From NCBI GenBank assembly GCA_051599415.1, contig AP039690.1, positions 186,001-250,000 on the forward strand: a stretch of DNA of 64,000 nucleotides. The letters run 5' to 3'. The number at the start of each line of letters is the position of its first letter. The first letter of the stretch is position 1. Below, piece by piece: positions 57,039-64,000 of the stretch. Under the pieces are notes generated by a model. It did not search any database. It saw only the letters and a list, made by a program, of their open reading frames with translations, and was not told the origin of the DNA. The position numbers and the translations under genes were made by a program. Origin of the DNA: Savitreella phatthalungensis. Taxonomy: Eukaryota.

Positions 57039-59738
57039 ATGTGCACTTCTAGCTCACCAGACGAAGCAGTGCGCCTGCCAAGTAACGTCAAGCCAACACA
57101 CTACAATCTCCATCTCTACAATCTTGACTTGACAAAGTTCGAGTACGATGGAAAGGTCGAGATTGACCTGGACATCAGTGCAGACACGAACACGATCAAG
57201 CTCAATGCCATTGAAATCGATGTCAAAGTCGCCAGTTTCAGCACCTCTCAGCTCAAGACGGACACTGCAGCCGTAGCGACGGATATCAGCTATGACGAAA
57301 AGCAGGAGGAGGTCACGTTGACCTTCGGTGAAACTATCAAGGCTGGTTCGAAAGGCACGCTCGCCATCGTCTTCAGGGGCCTCATCAATCACAACATGCA
57401 CGGCTTCTATCGCTCCGAGTACACGGACGTTGGCTCGAGCGAAGTCAAGCACCAATTTTCGACGCAGTTCGAGTCCACCGACGCCCGCCGCGCATTTCCA
57501 TGCTTCGACGAGCCAGCTCTGAAGGCCACTTTCGACTTCTCCCTAACCTATCCTCGCGGCCTCATTGCCATTTCGAATATGCCCATCAAGCAGGTCGGGC
57601 CGGCTACTGTTGAGTCAAGCACGGCTGGTTCAGAGGGTAAGCTCGAATTGTCTGCAATCTCGGAGCCGCTCGAGAAGGCAGACTTTGAACGCTCGCCTGT
57701 AATGGCGACTTACCTGCTCGCTTGGGCTCTCGGCGAGTTCGAATACATCGAGTCTCAAACGAAAGTTTCTGAGCACCATGGTCAAAAGATCAAGGTCCGC
57801 GTGTACACGACCAAGGGTCGTAAGTCCGGCGGTCAGCTGGCACTTGATCACGCCTGCGACTTCCTCGATCTGTATGAGAAGACGTTCAAGATCGCGTATC
57901 CATTGCCGAAGCTGGACATGCTTGCGGTCCACGAGTTCAGCGCAGGTGCGATGGAGAACTGGGGTCTCGTCACTTATCGCAACGTGACTATTCTGTACGA
58001 AGAAGGGCGGACTGACGCGAAGTATAAGCGCGTCGTCAGCTACGTCGTCGCCCACGAACTCGCACACCAGTGGTTTGGCAATCTGGTCACTTTCGACTGG
58101 TGGCGGGACCTTTGGCTCAACGAGGGCTTCGCAACGTGGGTTGGATGGTATGCTGTTGATGCTCTTCATCCCGACTGGGATGTATGGTCGTATTTCACGA
58201 GCAGCGCACAACAGGTAGCCCTCGGGCTCGATTCTGTGCGCAGTAGCCACCCGGTCGAGGTTCCTGTGCGTAACGCACTCGACGTCGGCCAGATCTTCGA
58301 CCACATCTCTTACCTCAAGGGAGCATCTGTTATTCGCATGCTCGAGGGCTTCGTCGGCGCAGAGAAGTTCCTCGAGGGCGTCTCACAATATTTGCAGAAA
58401 TTTGCCTACGGAAATGCCACGACTCAGGATCTCTTCGAAAGCTTATCTAAAGTCGCTGGATTTGACGTCAATGCGCTCATTTCACCTTGGATTCTCAAAC
58501 AAGGCTACCCTGTGCTGACCGTCGCCGAGGAAATCGATGGCGTTGGTCTCAAGCAGGAGCGATATCTGTCAACCGGTGATGTGAAGACTGAGGAGGACGA
58601 GACAGTCTGGACGGTGCCAATCAATTTGAAGCTCGCAGACGGCACAACCGCTGCTCGCCTCGATAGCAAGCAGACAACGTTGCGTGGTGTTGACCTCGAA
58701 TACTACAAGATCAATCCGGATCAAACGGGCTTCTACCGTGTCAATTATCCGCCGGAGAGGTTGCAGAAATTCGGCCAGGTTGCTGCTACAAGCAAGGACA
58801 AGCTGGGAGCGACTGATAGAATTGGTCTGATTGGCGATGCTGCGTCATTGGCCATTTCTGGTCATGGCTCGACTGCTGCTCTGCTCAACTTCGTCTCAAA
58901 TCTCAGTGAAGAAGATTCGGCGCTCGTTTGGGAGGAGCTTGCGACTCGTGTCAGCACTATACGGTCCGTCTTCTCAGACCTCGGCGATGATGTCGCCAAC
59001 GGCTTGAAGGCTTTTGGCAGGTCCATCTACAGTAAAAAAGCCGCCGAGCTCGGATGGGACTATCCCGAAGGCGAATCTTATCTGACAGGTCAGATGCGCA
59101 CTCTGCTGATCGGCGTTGCAGGAGCCTGCGATGACCCTTCCATTGTGAAAGAGGCACGCCACCGTTTTGACCGTTATAAGAGCGGCGACAAGCAGGCCTT
59201 CCATCCGTCGCTGCTCAGCAAGGTCCTTGTCAATGTTCTTTCGCACGGTGGATCGGCCGATGACTTTGACTTCATAAAGTCTGTCGGTATTTCCAACACT
59301 GCGTCAGATGATGAGCTCGAAGCAGCTTTGCTTGCTATGGGTTCGACCCGTGATCCGAAACTCATCGACAGAGCACTTGACATTCTCCTCTCCACAGAGG
59401 TGAAGGCCCAAAATGTCCATTACCTAGTTGCTGCTCTCGCCATGAATCCGGCTGGACGCTGGCCACTGTGGGAGTTTGTGCAGCGCAATTGGAACCAGAT
59501 TCAAGCAGGTCCGCTCGGCAAGAATCAGATGACTTTCAGCCGGCTGGTCACGGCCGCAATTGCCTCGTTCAGCAGCTATAAAGCGGCGGACGAGATTGAC
59601 GCTTTCTTCAAGGACAAGGACACCTCTGCCTTCGATCGAAATCTTGCTCAGCAGCTGGACAAGATCCGCGGCAATGCCGCCTATGTTGAGCGCGATGGCG
59701 CCATCGTTAAGGAGTGGCTTCATGCTAAAGGCTTCTAG
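57039..59738 (+). CDS. APE2: M1 family alanine/arginine aminopeptidase (Ape2/Aap1-like)
   Basis: DARRAFPCFDEP, GAMENWG, HELAHQWFGN..WLNEGFA, ERAP1-like C-terminal region. Confidence 0.93.
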   Translation: MCTSSSPDEAVRLPSNVKPTHYNLHLYNLDLTKFEYDGKVEIDLDISADTNTIKLNAIEIDVKVASFSTSQLKTDTAAVATDISYDEKQEEVTLTFGETIKAGSKGTLAIVFRGLINHNMHGFYRSEYTDVGSSEVKHQFSTQFESTDARRAFPCFDEPALKATFDFSLTYPRGLIAISNMPIKQVGPATVESSTAGSEGKLELSAISEPLEKADFERSPVMATYLLAWALGEFEYIESQTKVSEHHGQKIKVRVYTTKGRKSGGQLALDHACDFLDLYEKTFKIAYPLPKLDMLAVHEFSAGAMENWGLVTYRNVTILYEEGRTDAKYKRVVSYVVAHELAHQWFGNLVTFDWWRDLWLNEGFATWVGWYAVDALHPDWDVWSYFTSSAQQVALGLDSVRSSHPVEVPVRNALDVGQIFDHISYLKGASVIRMLEGFVGAEKFLEGVSQYLQKFAYGNATTQDLFESLSKVAGFDVNALISPWILKQGYPVLTVAEEIDGVGLKQERYLSTGDVKTEEDETVWTVPINLKLADGTTAARLDSKQTTLRGVDLEYYKINPDQTGFYRVNYPPERLQKFGQVAATSKDKLGATDRIGLIGDAASLAISGHGSTAALLNFVSNLSEEDSALVWEELATRVSTIRSVFSDLGDDVANGLKAFGRSIYSKKAAELGWDYPEGESYLTGQMRTLLIGVAGACDDPSIVKEARHRFDRYKSGDKQAFHPSLLSKVLVNVLSHGGSADDFDFIKSVGISNTASDDELEAALLAMGSTRDPKLIDRALDILLSTEVKAQNVHYLVAALAMNPAGRWPLWEFVQRNWNQIQAGPLGKNQMTFSRLVTAAIASFSSYKAADEIDAFFKDKDTSAFDRNLAQQLDKIRGNAAYVERDGAIVKEWLHAKGF

Positions 59739-60040
59739 TTAGGCATATTCTTGTTAGCTCACCGACCTTGTCAAACATCTCAGTCCTAGTCTATGTCATC
59801 TCCGTGCATCTGTGAAATTTGCGAGCTGATACTGGCATGTCTCGACGATTTACATCCATATATTGAGGGGATTGTCTGCCTAAATGGAAACCTCGAGAGA
59901 CCCGTGACGCAGCTAAAAACGGCCCCACCTGAATCATTTGCTGCATGATTGAACCAGCCCTGGACAGGAATAGCTAAAAAGAGAGCCACAGAGGGCCATC
60001 GCCGCAAACCTACAGGACGTATGCTTAAAGCTTATAAGAT

Positions 60041-61876
60041 ATGCTGCTGCTCACTGCGCTGTGCGCATTGACATGTGCTGCGCAGCTGCCCGTGCTAGCT
60101 CGGGCGCGCACGACGGAACTCCCGGCGACGATCAGCATTGTGCACGTGAACGACATCCACGCGCACCTCGACGAATTTGATGAGTACGGTACAGACTGTG
60201 ATACAGCGCGTCGGGCGCTTGAGCGTCTTCCCCAAGATCATGGCGATTCGGACAAGCCAGCGAAGAGCGCAGGCCTGTTGTGCCAAGGCGGCTATGCGCG
60301 CATAGCGCATGCCATCGCACAAATACGGGAGCGGTATCCGGGCGAGGTCTTGCTGCTCAATGCTGGTGATGAAGCGCAGGGCACAATGTTCTATACGTAC
60401 TACAAGGGAGAAGTTGGTGCAAAGGTGCTCAATGCGCTCGACTTTGATGCTCTGACTGTTGGCAACCACGAGTTTGACGATGGCAGTGCGCATTTTACAC
60501 AATATCTGCGCAACTTGACTGCACCTGTCGTCGGAGCGAACGTCGTGCATGCAGCTGGAGGCAGTTTGTGGGAAGGCCTTGTCAGGTACCATCTTGTTGA
60601 GCGTCTTGGCGTCGCAGTAATCGGTCTCGTTACGCAGGATACACAGAAGTTGTCATCGCCAGGCAAAGAGGTTGCATTTCTGGATCCTGAAGCGGTCGTC
60701 CAGGATCTTGTGGACGAGGTACGCGGAAAGGGCTACAAGCGAGTCATCCTTTTGACGCATATTGGCTATGGTCTGGATCAGCAGATCGCGCGCGCTACAA
60801 ACGGCGTCAGCGCGATCGTAGGCGGTCATTCTCACACGTTCTTAGGTGACGTACCAGGCAGCGAAGGCCCATATCCGACGATTGTTCAAGACGCGAACGG
60901 CTTCGATGTGCCGGTCGTGACGACGGGTAAGTGGGGATTCAATCTTGGTCATCTTCGCGTCACATTCGACGCCGACGGCCATGTTGAGCATCACGAAGCT
61001 AAGATGCTGAGCTTGTCAAACAATTTACGACAAGATCATAAGCTTCAGCAGCAAATCAAAGCGTGGAAGCTCCCATTCCTCGAGTTTGCTCGGGAAGTCG
61101 TCGGTCGCGCCGCGGGGCCATTCTCGCAGACAGCGTGCCAGGTCACAGAGTGCTCTGTCGGCAATCTGGTGGCAGAGGCGATGTACGACGCTCATTCAAA
61201 CGCTGATGTGGCACTGATGAATGCTGGTGGCTTGCGCGCTGGCATCCCGAAGGGTAACATTACAAGAGGTGGCGTCTTGACAGTCTTGCCTTTCTCCTCG
61301 CGCCTGGTGGATTTGCAATTTTCAGGGTACAAGCTTCAACAGATCCTGGAGGGGATCGTCTCCTGGCAGAATGTTGTCACGGACCACGACATCACCTCGT
61401 TCGTTCAGGTGGCTGGAGTGCGCATTACTTACAAGTCTTCCAGACCGAAAGGAAAGCGTATCGAGCGCATTGACATTCGTGATCGCAGAACGGGTTCCTT
61501 CGCAGCTCTTGAAAGTGAGAACAACTACACAGTCTGTACGCTTGACTTCATGGCAGAAGGAGGCGACTTCTGGTGGCCGGAGGTGCCCGATTACGAGCGG
61601 GCCGAGACCGTCGATGACGCACTTATCAAATACCTTGCCAAGCTGCCAGACAACTTGGCAATTCCCGTATTAGACGGCAGAATCAAGGACACGACGCTTG
61701 TTGTCGGACACGTCAAGCAACATGCGGAGCACATACTGCATTGGTACGAGCGGATCGTCTTTGCAGTAATGTCGCTCTTCGGACCTTTCGGCTACACGGA
61801 CGCTCATGCGACCCAGCTGGTCGACAGATTCTCTGCGGGTTTGCTCGGTCACTTCGAGGGCGGCGACTTCAGATGA
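60041..61876 (+). CDS. Secreted 5'-nucleotidase/apyrase family protein
   Basis: Signal peptide, HVNDIHAH, NAGD, GNHEFD, LTHIGY, GGHSH, NAGGLR C-terminal domain. Confidence 0.92.
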   Translation: MLLLTALCALTCAAQLPVLARARTTELPATISIVHVNDIHAHLDEFDEYGTDCDTARRALERLPQDHGDSDKPAKSAGLLCQGGYARIAHAIAQIRERYPGEVLLLNAGDEAQGTMFYTYYKGEVGAKVLNALDFDALTVGNHEFDDGSAHFTQYLRNLTAPVVGANVVHAAGGSLWEGLVRYHLVERLGVAVIGLVTQDTQKLSSPGKEVAFLDPEAVVQDLVDEVRGKGYKRVILLTHIGYGLDQQIARATNGVSAIVGGHSHTFLGDVPGSEGPYPTIVQDANGFDVPVVTTGKWGFNLGHLRVTFDADGHVEHHEAKMLSLSNNLRQDHKLQQQIKAWKLPFLEFAREVVGRAAGPFSQTACQVTECSVGNLVAEAMYDAHSNADVALMNAGGLRAGIPKGNITRGGVLTVLPFSSRLVDLQFSGYKLQQILEGIVSWQNVVTDHDITSFVQVAGVRITYKSSRPKGKRIERIDIRDRRTGSFAALESENNYTVCTLDFMAEGGDFWWPEVPDYERAETVDDALIKYLAKLPDNLAIPVLDGRIKDTTLVVGHVKQHAEHILHWYERIVFAVMSLFGPFGYTDAHATQLVDRFSAGLLGHFEGGDFR

Positions 61877-61940
61877 AAATCACGGGATTAAAATGTGCAG
61901 ATAGACGCAGCATAGAACAGACGTTGCAATAATGATTCGT

Positions 61941-62336
61941 TCACTTACGCTCCAGGGGAGTGTCCCATTGTCCTGCAGGGGCAGGGTCCTCGAGCTCTTC
62001 CCATGCGCGCCAAACGAGCATCTTTTGGGCGAGAGAAAGCTCATCCTGAGCCTGTTTCAAGATCTCTTCCACTAAGCCAGCCTCGATCTGCTGCTCAATC
62101 TGCGAAAGATCTTCTGTCTTCTCGACCACGCTTTTCCGCTGGCGCGTAAGAGCTTCAGTCGCTCGTCTGTAAACGGATTCCTCGGGCATGCCACTCAGAG
62201 CTTCTAGTGTAGCATCGTACGCTTGCAGCAGTGAAGGTCGCGGGTTTGGATCGGCCTTGAGACCTGTGATTCCTGTCGTCGCGTGGCGCTTGATGGCGGC
62301 AGCGGTTGTGTTCAACAGCGTCCGCGATACTCTCAT
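61941..62336 (-). CDS. NDUFA5: Complex I accessory subunit NDUFA5 (B13 / 29.9 kDa)
   Basis: TGITGL..PRPSL..Y, PEESVYRRATEALTRQR, IEAGLVEE..QAQDEL, WEEL..P..GQW. Start ATG 62336. Confidence 0.92.
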   Translation of the reverse strand: MRVSRTLLNTTAAAIKRHATTGITGLKADPNPRPSLLQAYDATLEALSGMPEESVYRRATEALTRQRKSVVEKTEDLSQIEQQIEAGLVEEILKQAQDELSLAQKMLVWRAWEELEDPAPAGQWDTPLERK

Positions 62337-62757
62337 CTTATCCAATAGCGTCGATGCAGGTAACCAGAGAATGTCTCTAACTGACTTGCTGCGTTCAACG
62401 CTCTCGATTGTGGCTGTCGTTCTGATGCTAAGACTCTCATGTAGTCCTCTCCTTGATTGAACGATCGTTCGATCGTAATTTGTCTGAAATGCACGTGTGG
62501 ATACGAGATGACACGAATACACACGTGAACTCAGATTGAGCTTCCGTCACCGAACCCAAAAGGGAACTGACGAGATTTCCCCACATCCACCCGTAACATT
62601 GGCTTGATAAGCTGTCTACAGGCAGACTGCAAGTATCGCCATCGTCGACCTCTACACGAGTAGCGCCACTCGCCGGAGATATTGGCGAACCCATTGATAT
62701 CAAACGCACTCTGGGCGCATATCGGGCAATCATTATCATTCCGAATCTATCAAACGC

Positions 62758-63309
62758 ATGTCACGCTTCCTACAGGCTTGGCAGGTCGGGAAGCCTATCG
62801 ATGTTCACACATTCCCTCGACCGCCTCTTCTCGAGCGAGTTCCTTTTCGCCTGCAGATCCTGTGCTCGGGTGCCGATCCGGCAAATCCTAGGCCACAAGA
62901 TACGATCGCTGACACGAGGAACGCTTGGTGGGTGTTAGAAACACATCATCCACCCACTTACTATATACCGCCACGCGACATTAAATCGCGAATCTCTCCC
63001 ACGCCTGGTAATCGTGGTACTCATTGTGAGTGGAAAGGAGCTGCAACGTACTGGGACGTCTTTGCTGGCGATCAAGACGCGGCAATTCGCGGCAAAGCGT
63101 GGTCATATGAACAGCCGACGGCCAGTTTTATACCCATCGCTGGCCACTTGTCCTTCTATGCGACCGAAGGGACAAATACATGGGATTGTTATGTTGACGG
63201 CGAGAAGGTTCATCCGCAGCCGGGAGATTTTTACGGCGGGTGGATGTCATCGCGCATCGATGGTGGTAAGCAGGGCGTGAAGGGTCCTGCGGGCACCTGG
63301 GGCTGGTAA
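62758..63309 (+). CDS. DUF427 family protein
   Basis: FPRPPLLE, VLETHHPPTYYIP, CEWKGAATYW, PQPGDFYGGW, KGPAGTWGW. Confidence 0.85.
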   Translation: MSRFLQAWQVGKPIDVHTFPRPPLLERVPFRLQILCSGADPANPRPQDTIADTRNAWWVLETHHPPTYYIPPRDIKSRISPTPGNRGTHCEWKGAATYWDVFAGDQDAAIRGKAWSYEQPTASFIPIAGHLSFYATEGTNTWDCYVDGEKVHPQPGDFYGGWMSSRIDGGKQGVKGPAGTWGW

Positions 63310-63722
63310 GGTCACACTATATCATAGGCACGACGTGGGATTATTTTCACGCTCAGGAACTCATTGTGCTCACGCGTGGAAGGACATCTGTCACTGTCAA
63401 TTTCCTGGTGACAGGCTTCAATCTTGAAATGCAAGTTCGTGCCTACTTCGACCAGAGGCTTTGAACATGACGGCGGGCAACCTGAGCAACAGCAGAAACT
63501 ATGGAGCAAAGATGCATGACAGATATGTGCGCCTTAGTGCCCTGGCGCGGCCTCATTGCGGCAGGGTTGCTCCTGGGCATGGTGCTATTGGCATTGGATT
63601 TCTGCACACGCACTCGCTTCATAAGAGCGCACGTGGCCGACCGATCTCTAGACGTAGCTATGACGATGATGGTGCTGAGGATCCCATTCTCCATGCTCTG
63701 CGTCTGCATGGCGCATTGTCGT

Positions 63723-64000
63723 TTATCTGCGGACGAACGCTCGGCCTGTCGCAGTCTTTGCAGCACGTTCTTGGTTTTCCGGCTTTGCTCGATTCAGGAC
63801 CTTGAGGAATTCTGCCACACGCGCGCGCATGCGCTGATGCATATAAGCCTTTGAAGCCTTGATATGGAAGTGGAGCGTGTTGCGGAACATCTGAATATGC
63901 GAAATGCAGTGTTCGCGCTTCTCTGGGTTCGTTGCAAAGTGACGAGGAAATAGAACAAATGTGACATAGCCAATATTGTCATCAAGCCTGAGTCCAGGTA
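63723..64000 (-). CDS. ARC35: Arp2/3 complex subunit ARPC2 (Arc35/p34), 3' end only
   Basis: Manual minus-strand translation: [12 protein letters not shown]...[44 protein letters not shown], stop at 63725-63723. Confidence 0.93.
   Translation of the reverse strand, partial: PGLRLDDNIGYVTFVLFPRHFATNPEKREHCISHIQMFRNTLHFHIKASKAYMHQRMRARVAEFLKVLNRAKPENQERAAKTATGRAFVRR

Noticed and set aside
63312..63720. Short ORFs between the DUF427 gene and ARC35
   Set aside because: No motifs. They overlap the 3' regions of convergent genes.

Overview
Gene-dense, intron-poor fungal (ascomycete) genomic DNA. It holds about 40 protein-coding genes, one intron-containing tRNA-Thr(CGT) and one probable pseudogene; no transposon, rRNA or CRISPR was recognised. 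The S. pombe-like ARPC2 C-terminus, FAN1, NTAQ1, a full U2AF large subunit and a retained complex I subunit suggest a non-Schizosaccharomyces Taphrinomycotina (inference from recalled family features, no search run). Most genes are housekeeping (SEC10, SEC66, DIM1, SNX4, ABP1, ATP1, RPF2, YOS9, AMD1, OMA1, YDJ1, EAF6, BUB2, RPP2, RPL33, APE2). Spliced genes missing or truncated in the ORF track were rebuilt by hand. Most notable: (1) a tight cluster of three divergent small paralogous Myb/SANT-like nuclear proteins (8550-9981); (2) a single-base +1 frame break inside the SNX4 PX domain; (3) an unusually long, extensively base-paired RPL33 intron; (4) a spliced Mei4/Rec24-like meiotic gene; (5) a hidden, frameshifted YqfO/NIF3-insert-like gene.
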